In this document: one piece after another, positions 23,289-35,852 of the stretch
Numbering within the stretch: the first letter of the stretch is position 1
Layout: every line of letters starts with the position of its first letter
From: Neodothiora populina
Taxonomy: Eukaryota
Reading direction: 5' to 3'
DNA length: 64,000 nucleotides
NCBI RefSeq assembly: GCF_041146345.1
Contig: NW_027191415.1
Coordinates: forward strand, 558,001-622,000
Translations under genes and position numbers: made by a program
The notes under the pieces: generated by a model
Seen by the model: the letters and a program-made list of their open reading frames with translations, nothing else
The model's database searches: none
Told to the model about the DNA's origin: nothing

Positions 23289-24191
23289 ATGAATGTACGT
23301 ATCACTTACTACTCGATTCATCGTCCGTCAATCGGACTCGTCGTTAATGTCATCCGCAGGTCATCGAGTGGGCCTTCGGCAAGCGCATGACGCCGGCAGA
23401 GCGACTACGGAAACATCAACGAGCGCTCGAGAAGACGCAGAGAGAGCTAGACCGCGAGCGCACAAAGCTTGAGAACCAGGAGAAGAAGCTGGTTCAAGAC
23501 ATCAAGAAGAATGCCAAAAATGGTCAGATGGGTGCTGTCAAGATCCAGGCAAAGGACTTGGTCAGGACGAGGAGGTGAGCGACACCGCAGTAAACGCGCA
23601 CTTCAGGCGCTGGCATTCAGGACTGACCCGGCTTTTCAAAGATATATCCAGAAGTTCTATCAGATGCGCACGCAGCTTCAGGCCATCTCCCTACGGATCC
23701 AGGTATCGCGCCTTCAGACAGCCCTCCTGTCATCACACCCCACTAACACCCTGTTCAGACCGTTCGAAGCAACGAGCAGATGATGCAGTCGATGAAGGGT
23801 GCCACCCAATTACTCGGCAGCATGAACCGACAGATGAACCTCCCGGCTTTGCAGAGAATAGCCATGGAGTTTGAACGAGAAAACGACATTATGGATCAGC
23901 GACAGGAAATGATGGACGATGCCATTGACGACGTCACCGGCCTTGAAGACGAAGAGGAGGGAGAGGAGGTTGTGAACCAAGTCTTGGATGAGATCGGTGT
24001 TGATCTCGGGCAGGCAGTGAGTTACCATATCTACACACACATCTGTTCTCCTTCTAACAAGATTGCAGCTCGGCGAAACTCCATCTGGCATCCAGAAGCA
24101 GGATGTGCCGGAAGGAAGAGTCGCACAAGCCATCGGCGGCGACCCTGGAGATGATGATCTCCAAGCCCGTCTGGACAGTCTCAGGCGGTGA
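23289..24191 (+). CDS. VPS2: ESCRT-III subunit Vps2/Did4 (CHMP2A); exons 23289-23294, 23360-23574, 23642-23702, 23759-24016, 24069-24191 (220 aa)
   Basis: MNVIEWAFGKRMTPAERLRKHQRAL...AKDLVRTRRYIQKFYQMRTQLQAISLRIQ; C-terminal MIM1 DDDLQARLDSLRR. Confidence 0.95.
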
Positions 24192-25914
24192 ATGAGGCAA
24201 GTCGCCTGTATGGCAATGGGATGGAGTATAGCATGTGAGCTTTTTAGCAGGCAGGGCGTTCGGCGCGCATTTAGGCATTTGGCCCAGGCATGAACATGGA
24301 CCACCTTGACATGCAGCATTGTGAATATGAATACATTATTCAACACTATTAAGATATCCGCGAAACAAGCGATGCAGCACATGACTAGTAGATGCCCCGA
24401 GGTAGGGGAGATATCGCCGGAGATCTATTACTGGCCTCATGACACGGCGTCACAGGGTCATAACTTCTCTCTTACGTCTGCGTGTAACAAATACACCCCA
24501 ACTTCTTTGTTGCTTCCACGCTTCCGCAGCAGACCTTACATAATGCAGATAGGCAGTCGAGAGCGCTGCGCTGCGCTGCGGTTACTGCGGGGTGGTGGCA
24601 CCGGAGAGCTGGCGAATTAGATTGGACCAGGCAGTGACCTCGCGCTAACCATCTGGGTAAGGACGCTCAGCTAACCCTGCATGGAAATCGTTCCCAATGT
24701 CCTCATGTCTTGCGGCACTCGCGCATGACTGGCGGCCGATCCAAAGAAATAGGATAGGGAAATAAAAATTTGTCTTTGCAGTGATTGTGTGATGAGAGCA
24801 AAGTAGACTGAGGTGGACAAGGTAAGCGGACGCTGTGTGGCTCAAGGACCACGTTAGATATTCACGTTTCGTTACGGTAGGTACGATACACGTTATTATT
24901 GTGCTTTTGTACAAATTCAGGACTGTACAGCGCAAAGCCGCTACAAGGACGACAATTACCGGCAATTCGAGCAGCTTCACACGAAACTCGAACCCTTTTT
25001 TTTTCCCCTTTGAATGTTCCCGGCACAAAGTCGCTGGCGCTGCTCTGGTCTTGTGCGCTTCCTGTGTTCGAGGCGCTCTCTCTTGGTCTCTCGGACGGAA
25101 ACAGCGGCCCAAGCGCCCGATTGCGACGTCACTCACATCCCCTCTTTGAGCGACCTGGGCACCGACCTAGGCACGCTTCTGTTCCACTTTAGGAGAAGCA
25201 ACTAATCCGACCATCATTACGACGAGATACCTTACCTTCACATTGGTTTTTCCTCACCCATCCCCTTGATACAGTTGCCTTTCTGCTTCTCCATCTTCCG
25301 ACCTTGCTGCAACCCACATGAGTTGCATTTCCTCGGATCCGTGATTCTGGGCTTTGGTCTCGAATTAAAATTAATCAAACCTCGGTGGGTACCTGCGTGT
25401 CCTTTGTCCCACACAAGGCCTTCCCCTCCTCCTCTCCTTCCTTCTCATCTATCTATTGATCGGTTCATTGCCCCACACTTGGGGTTTCACTCTACCTACC
25501 GTACAGCAGGCGCGTGTGGCAGCCTCAAATCATCCGCTACTTCACGTCGCGATAGACAGTGGCACCAATCGCATCCCGCTCCTCTCATCTTCGTGTCATC
25601 CGTATCGTCAACGGTAGCGCCAGCTACACCACAGCTTTTATTTTTGCTGATATCATAACCCGCCTTGTAGCACCTCATCTCCTTCAGTCGCCTCCATCAC
25701 CTCAGCGTAGTCATTGGTAATTGCTCTCAATTGCACTTCGATCCGAGCATATCCACGAGTGCAGTCTGCTTCTTTCAAAGCATCGTCCCCGCCGACAGCT
25801 TCGTACCTCTGCTGTAGCTTCGGATCCGATCGCGGCCGCTTCTAGATAAACACCATCACGCTGGCAGGGACCAAGAACCGTCGTTTCTCCGGTCAAGGAG
25901 GCCTTCTGAACAGG

Positions 25915-27636
25915 ATGTTTGGTTCATCCAAGGAAGGTGACGCATCCGCCATTGATACCTCTCACATTTCAGAGAACCAGCCCATGGCCACTACAGAAAG
26001 CCCTACGATGGACGGCGCTGACGAGAAGACGCGCAAGGGATCTGGCGAGGGGTCAAGCCCTCCTGGCGACAAGAAGAGGAGAAGCAGCGGCGTGTCAAGA
26101 GCTAGGGATATGCTCTCGAGTGCCCGACAATCATTGCATCTCAGCAGTTCGCCTAACGACAAGAGCGACAAGCCTCAGACACCCATGCAGAAGCTTGGTA
26201 GGACGGATCCCGCCCTCAGTGTTCCCCAGGGATCTCTCAACAACTCTGCTGGTGAATCCGTACCCAGTGCGAGATCCACCTTCAGAGTAGGAGTCACCGA
26301 AGACAAGAACAAGAAGTGTCGAAGAACGATGGAGGACACACATGCCTATCTCTACAACTTCCTCAGCACACCCGCACCCGCTCTCGGATCAAAAAGGGAG
26401 AAGCGTGCCTCTCATTCGGGGTCTATTGGCTCTGTCGACTCTTCAGATGTTGTCGAGACCGATAATGGATACTTTGCAATCTTCGACGGCCACGCTGGTA
26501 CCTTCGCCGCCGATTGGTGTGGCAAAAAGGTTCACGTTCTGCTCGAGGACATCATCCGGAAACACCCCAACACACCTATTCCAGAACTCTTGGACATGAC
26601 CTTCACAACTGTGGATCAGCAATTGGAGAAGCTCCCGCTCAAGAACAGTGGCTGCACAGCTGTCACTGCAGTCCTGCGCTGGGAAGACAGAATACCCAAC
26701 CCGCATTCTGCCACTGGCTCCACAGCCATTGCTCCCGCCGCGGCCGCTGCCGTCAAGGCAGCATCGGAGTCCTCGTTGTCAAGTAAGGACTCGAACGCAG
26801 ATGCAGCAACTCAAGGCACAAACTCGTCTTCGGCTGCTGCCATGACAGAGCATGAGGCTAAGTTACGACAAGCAGCTACACGCCAACGCGTCCTTTACAC
26901 TGCTAACGTGGGCGATGCTCGCATCGTGCTCTGCCGCAACGGAAAGGCGCTGCGTCTGTCTTATGATCACAAGGGCAGCGACGAGAACGAAGGTAAGCGG
27001 ATAGCAGGTGCTGGAGGCTTGATCTTGAACAACCGTGTCAACGGAGTGCTCGCCGTCACTCGTGCGCTGGGCGATGCGTACATGAAGGACTTGGTCACCG
27101 GCCACCCCTACACCACCGAGACTGTGATCCAACCGGACATTGATGAATTTCTCATCTTGGCTTGCGATGGGGTGAGTGAATAAATGTCTCTGCTAATCAG
27201 AGTGGATGTTTACTGACGTGAGTGGCAGCTCTGGGACGTATGCTCGGATCAAGAAGCGGTAGACCTTATCCGTTCTATACAAGACCCGCAAGCGGCATCT
27301 CGTGCTCTCGTGGACCACGCTCTCGCGCGCTTCTCCACGGACAACCTGTCGTGTATGGTGGTGCGCTTCGACAACCATGCCGTACAACAGACGGTCGACC
27401 GCAAGGCGGAGCCGATCGGCGTCGAAGGTGACCCACCGACTCAGAGAGGCAGCATCACCGAGACCGAAGCCATCATCGGTAAGCAGAAGGAGATTCTCCA
27501 CGAGAGCGGAGAGTACCTAGATCGCGTGCCCAGCAACATCCTCGAAGAAGAGGAACCCGAGCCAGGTCCAGAGCTCAACCCTGCGGCTTTAGAAGCAGCA
27601 AGGAAAGACAAGAAGCCCGAACCGGCCACTAAGTAA
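25915..27636 (+). CDS. PTC1: PP2C protein phosphatase Ptc1; intron 27172-27228
   Basis: [66 protein letters not shown]. Confidence 0.93.
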
Positions 27637-28131
27637 GGTTAGGTGGAAGAAAGGGTAGCAGATGGAGTACTATGACTTAGAGGGTCTCGGGGATTTTTAT
27701 GATTGGGAAGGGAGGAAATGGCTTGGCTGGGAGGTCCCTTCGCACGAGCATGACATGTCGCCCACGAAGTTGTCGGGACATAAGGTATGCTCGGTCAGCA
27801 GTGACAAAGCCCGAGAGTATGTCGGGTATTATTTGCTTTACAAAGTTACGAAGTAGTGTGCAGCAATTACTGTCAAAATCATGTGATATATTGTCCCGAT
27901 TATTGTAGTTGTGGAGCCCCGCAAAGATAGATACAACTAGGTAAGTGATAGCGGCGATCAACAGAGGGCCAAGAGGTCTAGGACGATAGCATCTCATGAT
28001 CCTCGCTGGCTCCAGATCCGATTATGAAAATTCTGAGACGACGGACCTCTGCGGGACGACGAAGACAAGTGCGTGGATCTCGGACAGAGAGAGATGATAT
28101 CGAGCAACAGAGCAGCCAAGTAAATCGCGGT

Positions 28132-28161
<30 letters not shown>
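28132..28161. repeat. (ACG)10 microsatellite upstream of the likely SNF4 start codon
   Basis: Seen directly. Confidence 0.9.
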
Positions 28162-28162
<1 letters not shown>

Positions 28163-28212
28163 GCTCGGTTGCTCACCTCAGTGTCCCTATTTTCCCTTGC
28201 TTTTACCCCATA

Positions 28213-30233
28213 ATGGACCAGGATACTCCAACGGCACAGCCAAGCGCAGCGCTAGACACAATAATGGCTGAAGCTGAAGCTGAAGCTGAAGCTGCTGATG
28301 CTGCGCTCGAGCACAATCCGACGCCGCCATCAGTAACGACGACGACGGCGGATATAATCCAGGTCCAACAACAGCAACAGCATCAGGACCAGCAACAGCA
28401 GGAAGCGCAGGGAGCTGATAATTCACCCAATAACCCCGACTCTCAAGACACCCAAACCACTCCCACCAAGACTGTTCTCCCGCAACAACGTCATCGTCAG
28501 CAGCAGCAACACCACCATCACCATCCTCGTCCTCTTCCACACACCTCTCAATACCACCAACACCACCACCATCACCAGCAGCAACCTCAGCCCCACCAGC
28601 GCCATCACCCTCAAGCTCACGACCCGCCTCACCCTCACACTCATCGACAGCACACGCCGCATACCCACAAACGACCTTCAGTGGCCGATCTTGCACCAGC
28701 GCCCGCCGCCTCTGTCCACCCGCCTGCGACCACCGTCACCTCTACCACCTCGACAGGAACTGCAATCGCGGCCGGCAGCCCAGCATCTCCCACCACTCCC
28801 GCCGCAGCAGCAGCAGCAGCCTCCTCGCGCAACAATTCCTCGGCGTCATCGAGCTCCGACAGCGGCGCACCGCAGCGTCCACTTCCCTTTGTCGCTCCCA
28901 GTTCATACCTGAGGCCACGGTCGACCGACCACACCGCGCATGTCGCTTCTGGAGATCCGAAACAGAGTCACGATCAACCCGCGCAGAGCAATCTCAGCTT
29001 CCGTGTTAGACCGATGAGTCCATTGGATCAAGAAGAGCTCGAGGGCTTGGTGAGTCTGACTACAAATAAAATATGAATGACCCAGGCGCTGACCGCACGC
29101 TTCACCACAGCGTACCATACGAGCCTTCCTCAAGGTCCGCACCAGCTACGATGTCCTGCCCCTCAGTTTCCGTCTTATAGTCTTCGACACCGCACTTCTT
29201 GTCAAGAAAAGTCTGAATATCCTCATACAGAATGGTACGCATCACTGCGGTTCCTTGGTCTGCCCTTGCGCGGCACTGTCGTCGCTTTCCATACTTATTT
29301 TTGTTTTACAGGCATTGTCTCAGCGCCACTATGGGATAGTAAAACCTCGACGTTCGCCGGTCTCTTGACTGTTTCAGACTACATCAATGTGATCCAATAT
29401 TACGTGCAGAATCCCGACTCGCTCGGCACCATTGATCAATTCCGACTCAATTCCCTTCGCGACATTGAAAAGGCCATTGGCGTCCAACCCCTCGAAACCA
29501 TCTCTGCTCACCCAATGCAGCCTCTCTATACCGCGTGCCGACGTATGCTCGAGTCGCGTGCTCGCCGTATTCCTCTTGTCGATTTTGATGACGAGACGAA
29601 CCGAAGCATGATTGTATCTGTCGTCACCCAGTATCGCATCCTGAAGTTCGTGGCGGTCAACGTCAAAGAGACACAGATGCTGAGGAAGCGCCTGGCCGAT
29701 GTCAGATGTGCCACCACCGAAGGATTGCAGACTGCCTTCATGGACACTCCCGTCATGGATGTGATCACGCTGTTTGTCAAATATTCAATCAGCAGCGTGC
29801 CTATCCTGGACGATGAAGGTAAGACTCATGGGACTTGCGACGAGGTGCATCAACGCTGACGCGATCTCCCCACAGGCACACTTGTCAATGTCTTCGAGGC
29901 CGTGGATGTCATTGCATTAATCAAGGGTGGTGTATATGACGATCTCTCCCTCACCGTTGGCGAAGCCCTCCTCAAGCGTTCCGATGTACGCTCCTTCCCC
30001 TTCTGTCGACGTTGCCGGTTTCGAATCTTGCTAATCACACCCGTCAGGATTTCCCGGGCATCTTTACATGCACCTTGAACGACCGTCTTGACTCGATATT
30101 CGACACAATTCGCAAGTCTCGAGTCCATCGCTTTGTCGTCATTGACGAAGATCGAAAGCTGCGAGGCTTACTGACTTTGAGCGACATCCTTGAATACATT
30201 TTGCTTGAAGGCGTCGAGGGCGATGAGTCGTGA
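28213..30233 (+). CDS. SNF4: AMPK/Snf1 gamma subunit Snf4 (4 CBS domains) with long low-complexity N-terminus; introns 29050-29110, 29235-29311, 29819-29875, 29986-30047
   Basis: [74 protein letters not shown]. Start placed at 28213; an in-frame ATG at 28024 is also possible. Confidence 0.93.
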
Positions 30234-31579
30234 CCCCGATATAAGGGTTGACTAGAGAGGCGAGACAGGAACACCCACGAATGGACATTGCATAACACGG
30301 AACGAATTCATGAACAAAGACCAGAAAGTCGCTAGACCAAAAAATCTCGCAATAAGAGTCTATCGGGTGGGTAGGAACGGGATTACCGGCCCTTAGGAGC
30401 CAATCCGTTGAATCAACCCATGATGTAGAAGTAGTGGTGACACTGCTAGGAAATCCTGACATGGCGCTCAGGCGTCGAGGAGTATAGAGTCACAAAGGAG
30501 GTCGGGTAGGTTATGATACCCATGGTGAGTCCAGACAAATCTCATGAGAGTTCCTCCAAGCTAACGCATGCCTGCGTCACAGATGGAAAGTACGGACCAA
30601 ATTAGTTTCGGACCTGTTCTTCTTTATAGATCAAATACACACTGTTTCCGCAAGTCACTTTTCTGGACTCATGTATCCTCCTAACTTTCATACAATTGAC
30701 TTGATCAGCACATATCTTTTTACGTCCCCTGTCCCAGGAGCTAATGCTAGAGCAGGACGATGGCCGTCAAGGCGTTCGCTTGCTACTGCTGACCCGGCTT
30801 CTTTGCTTTACGAAGCCACAAGTTGCACATGCCTTACAGCACAAGATTGAGAGCATCATCAAGCGTACTCGCTAATCGTAAGCCAGTCTGTTCTCCTCTA
30901 GGCATAAATCATAACGTTGTATCAACTTTGATCGCTCTGGACGTATCGCTACGGCCGTCTTGCTTCAAAGCGTCGTTGCCATTAGATTCACGATTTCCAA
31001 CAGTTATTCCAACCTCTCGGTCTGCAAACCACAATAGGCTCTTCGATCACGATCCACCTGACTCATACTCACTATGGCTGCCTTGTTCTATGGGCATTGC
31101 ATGTGCTTACTATCTTCTAGTGATAAGAATGAGCTGCGAGTGAGCGTTAGATCCACTAGTGAAGAGGGTTGTACTCATGGTAGCCGACTACTCCTTTTCA
31201 TGTGGATGGAGCTCATGTCACAAACATTCACGTTCCATGCCTGCGACAAAGGATAGCTGACTCTCGTCAGGACAATCGACACCTCAGGCAATCGCGCATG
31301 AGAAACACGTCAGCCTCTTCATAAGGCCCCGTAATTGGTCATTGAAGCTGGCCAGCACATCGCCGCTTTACACCTCACTTTCGTCACACATTGGGTATCC
31401 TGTGACCGAGTACCCTCACTACTAGTGATCTTGCGCAGAATCATGCCTAAAAGTTTCACCTGATTGGCTATTCACAAGAGTCATACATTAGACAACGGTT
31501 TGAAAGTCTTCTTCAGAAAATCTTCAACCACCGCCTACAATCATACACGCCACACACACACATACAGAACCACAACAAG

Positions 31580-32897
31580 ATGACTCCTGACATGATTTTC
31601 AAGGCATTGGTGCCCCCAGCACCCAGCAGACCTCGTATCATGACAGGCGTGGCTTGTACGTTCCTACCGTTGGCTTGTATCAGTCTTGCATTGCGTATTT
31701 GGGTCAAGGTCAAAATGCTCAGATCTTGGGGCTGGGACGATTGGTGGGCTGTGGCAACCCTGGTGAGTGTGCATTCTCCCTCGAGTACCTATGACTGCAA
31801 GCTACTAGCACATTAAGAGGGACGAAGTGAGCTAACATAGTGACTCCATTCAGGGCTCGTACGCTGCGGAATGCGGCGTGCTCATCACCATGGCAAAATT
31901 GGAGCAAGACGGAGTGCAGATCTTGTATAATTCGAAGCTGATAGCAGTGGTAAGCTTTATTCAAGCCCGGGTGATTTTGCAAGCTAACAAACGGTTGCGC
32001 AAGCTCATATTGCCTGAACAAGCTCTATACATTGCCGGTACCATTACTCTCAAGTTCTCTCTATCGGTCTACTACCTCCGCTTTCTACGCGAACGCTGGC
32101 AAAGATACACCATCATCTTTGCAACAGCGTGCTACACGCTGTTCGCTCTTGCGCTGATTGGCTTGGTAATCTTCATGTGCGGTATACCTTCATGGGAGGA
32201 ACTGGAAAAGACTTTCACGCCGGGCCTCTGCGTACCATTCCATGTCTTCAAGCACATTGCCGTTGCACATGCCGTGTTGAACTCACTCATCGACTTCATC
32301 TTTGCTTTGTTCCCCATTGGTGTCCTTTGGAGAAGCTTCCTGCCACGACCAACCAAAATCTCGGCTTGCGTGCTCATCGGACTTGCAATTTTCAGCTCCA
32401 TTGCTAGCTGCGTCAGGACATGGTACATACCTGGTCTGGAGCCCACGCCGCGCTTTTACAATACTAGTACTAATGCGCTCATATGGTCAGTGGTGGAGCC
32501 TGGACTGGGCATTTGCGCCGCTTGTCTTTGCACTCTCAGGCCACTGTTCAGGAAGTGGATGGAAGGTGTCAAAGTCATAGCATCGAGGGGCAGAAGCCCT
32601 TCTGGCAAGGGCAAGCAGAAGGGAGGCGCAGCCGGGATTCTGGTCACCGAGAGCCTTTTCAAGGTATCGCATAAGCTCAGTAGCGACGCGGCGAGACGTG
32701 AGGCAGAGGAGTTTGAACCATCCAAACGTCAGACTTGGGATCTCGAAAAGGGGATCGGAAGGGGAAGAACCGTCACTACAATTGTAGGGGATGCTACCTC
32801 TACCGAAGATACAGAGATGGTGGACCTGAAGGATATATTGCGACGTTGGTACTCATGTCAGGCGGAGATCTCTCGCGGTCAGGAAGAGATTGTATAA
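31580..32897 (+). CDS. PTH11-like (fungal rhodopsin domain) 7-TM integral membrane protein without CFEM; introns 31763-31853, 31950-32003
   Basis: LRIWVK..WGWDDW, KFSLSVYYLR, DFIFALFPI, ASCVR, WSVVEPGLGICAACLCTLRPLF. Confidence 0.88.
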
Positions 32898-33607
32898 GGA
32901 GGTCTGATGACGAATCTCCTGGAGGTGACCAACAGCTAGGTGTCTGAACGGGCTGCAATGCCGGTGCTTCATTCCATTCCTTTTACATCATGTATGTGTT
33001 CCTAGCCACTCTCTTCTCACAAAAGATTACGATTTCTTCACATGACATTGGCCAGGGCGATGCACACGGACGATGCAGTGGGGTCACTACTATACTACAT
33101 ACTGCATAGACTGGTCTGTTGGAATTACTGAAGGCGCATGCTTTTGTAAGTCTATCTCACGCAGCCTACACAGTCGCAAGTGGTACCAGCACCTCTACGC
33201 ATGACCACCCCTTTGCGTGGATCTATGGCTCCTTAGAGCCCAAACCTCAGGACGAGCATAAAAAAAAGAAGGTGGCTGGTACATCCTCTTAGTGCAGTCC
33301 AGTAGTGCGCCTGCCGGTGCTTGACAATAGCATCGACAATAGCATCACTATTAGTGCGGCGTGCAAGCCCCCAGCCCCCTCAAGTAGCTACTATTTGATC
33401 CTCCCTACTCTCCTGTCTCTTCTTGTTCCTCTTTTCCTCATACTATCATATTCTCTGCTTCTTCGTTAAAACTACTGTTTCGTCTGCTGGTTCAGACAAG
33501 ATCTTCTGTTTATCCTTTCTCATTCTGCTACAGCACTATCTCTAATTGATCGTTCTAATCCCGCTTTTGTCATTGTCTATCTATCCCTTTCCCACCACTC
33601 ATACAGT

Positions 33608-35056
33608 ATGTCGGACACTTCATCCCTGGAGGACTACAAGTTGTCCGCCACCGCAACAAGACTCAATATCCTGCGCAAAGCAAGAAGGAGGCAAGAGAGA
33701 ACCCTCAATCCCTTTCGATTTATGGACCTCCCTCTGGAGCTGAGATTGATGATTTACCGAATGGTACTCGACTTTGGCAGTATCGAGAGATACTTTGAAA
33801 CATACACCCAGGGCCTTGTTGCCAGACAGGTGGCCAGGTACAGGAACCCTCCTTTCGTTCTAAAGGCATGTCCTGGAATCCTTCGGGTCAACAAGGAGAT
33901 CTCACGGGAGGCTCTCCCCGTTTTGTACAGAACACCACTCAACTTCTACCACGGCGTCATTGGCGCCACCGTGACTTCGGTCATCAGTCCCCATCTGCTG
34001 CGCAAGTTGACCCACGTCACGGTCACTGACGCAGGCGTCAGTCTGTCCAGAAAGGATCTCGCCCTGGTGTTCCATGGCATCCAGCACCTCCTCGACCAAC
34101 TCGCACGTATCTGGCAAGACGGCCACAGCCTCCGAGTCTTCAGTTTTATCGTTCGCGCCGACGACTTCAATTTCCACTTGATCAACTGCGCCACCGATCC
34201 GACTGTCTCCTGCGGCATCAAGAAGTTCCTCGCCAACTTCAAGCGCTCGGTCGGCCGCCTCCACGGCGTCGAGCAAGTCATGCTGGACGCCGAGATGCCC
34301 GAGGAATCCAAAGAGAACATCATCACCTCGATGACATCTCCAGCCCAGACCTTCTTCAAGCTCCCCCTGAACCTCCGCCGGTCCATCTACCAGCAAATCG
34401 TCGACGTCAACGACGCAAGCCAGGGCGCACTCGAGACCTATATGACGCAGCTCAACACCAGCAGCCGTGGCGACGGCACCATCCCCGCTCTGCCCACCCT
34501 CTCCACGCCCCCAATCCTACTAGTCAACCACCAAATGCACGACGAGATCAAGTCCGTCATCCGCGAAACACCCCTGACGGTCTCCGGACGCATCCACCCG
34601 ACCCTCGTGCCCCCACCCCTGACCTCCTTCATCAGCCCGGCCATCCTCCGCTCCATCGACCACCTGAAGCTCGACTTCACGCACTGGCGCTACGCGACAC
34701 TGATCCCGTCCCTCGTCGACGTTTTCGTAGCGCGCAACGCCGCCGACGACCCCCTCCGCTCGTTCGCGCTGCACTTCGAAGACAACAACCATGTCTCTGT
34801 CGCTGCTGAACAGAGGGATATGACCGTCGACGGCCATTACCCTGATAAGCAGCTCGCGCATCTGCTCATGCCGCTCGGCAGGCTCAGGAATATTCGCAGT
34901 GTGTGGTTCGGCGGCGAGGAGCTGCCTGATTGTTTCATCGGTCCGTTGATGGTTAATATGCAGTTGGGGGTCGGCGCTGACGGCGTGCCGTATATGGCCA
35001 AGAGGATTCGGGGGAATGGTGCTGCTGCTGCCGGTGTTGAGTGGTTGGGGGCCTGA
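33608..35056 (+). CDS. Hypothetical protein made of two tandem F-box-like (FxxLPxExRxxIY) plus alpha/beta units
   Basis: Intronless 482-aa ORF; PFRFMDLPLELRLMIY and TFFKLPLNLRRSIY begin two alignable halves. Confidence 0.82.
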   Translation: MSDTSSLEDYKLSATATRLNILRKARRRQERTLNPFRFMDLPLELRLMIYRMVLDFGSIERYFETYTQGLVARQVARYRNPPFVLKACPGILRVNKEISREALPVLYRTPLNFYHGVIGATVTSVISPHLLRKLTHVTVTDAGVSLSRKDLALVFHGIQHLLDQLARIWQDGHSLRVFSFIVRADDFNFHLINCATDPTVSCGIKKFLANFKRSVGRLHGVEQVMLDAEMPEESKENIITSMTSPAQTFFKLPLNLRRSIYQQIVDVNDASQGALETYMTQLNTSSRGDGTIPALPTLSTPPILLVNHQMHDEIKSVIRETPLTVSGRIHPTLVPPPLTSFISPAILRSIDHLKLDFTHWRYATLIPSLVDVFVARNAADDPLRSFALHFEDNNHVSVAAEQRDMTVDGHYPDKQLAHLLMPLGRLRNIRSVWFGGEELPDCFIGPLMVNMQLGVGADGVPYMAKRIRGNGAAAAGVEWLGA

Positions 35057-35852
35057 GGGAAGGAAGGGATGGAGGAAGAAGGGAGGCGGCTGATGCTAAC
35101 GCTCCTGACTAGAACGGGTGTAGCGAAAGGAGAAGAAGAGGGCAGTGCTTGATGACATCCGGTCGAGTGAAGTCAAGCGGAAGTGAACGAGCTTCAGACA
35201 GGATGCGCATGGACGGACTGGCAGGACAGAGAACCTGGCGACAAGGGTAGTGGTCGTAATGCCGGTGGTAATGTCAACGGTGTTTCACTTTGATAGTGAC
35301 TATAGCGGTAATGGTAGTAGTAGTGAGGACGACGGTGAAGCTGGTACTTTACTCTTAATTGAATCCACTTTCACCTTCTGCTCAGTCTCAATTCATTCCA
35401 CTTTCATATCGTCATCGTCACTATCACCCTCCAATATATCAACAATCACATTCACTTGTTGGGGTTCGCAGCGATTTACTGGGGATCTTTTCCGTTCAAA
35501 AATCACAATTGCATTCACTTCTGTATGTCTACGAATCTCATCTGTCACTGTGATATCCCCTCGCTTGCTCATTTAATGTTTGGTCGGACCTCCAAGCAAA
35601 ACTCCCCGCCACGTTTTTCTTCCTAAAGTAGAGAGTAACATGCAACCGATTCCAACGCATTTCTGCGTATAATGCAATCCTCATGGTATGAAAAGTCTCC
35701 TTTTTTGTGGGTATCTGCAGGAGAGAAGAAAAGGGAAAGAAAAGAGAAGTGATCTGCCCCGCCGCAGAAAAGCAAGCTCCATACGTCCAGCCAATCTCGA
35801 CTCGCGTGAAGACCAAGCCAAGATTGGCCTATGAGAGGAAGGTGATAATCCT

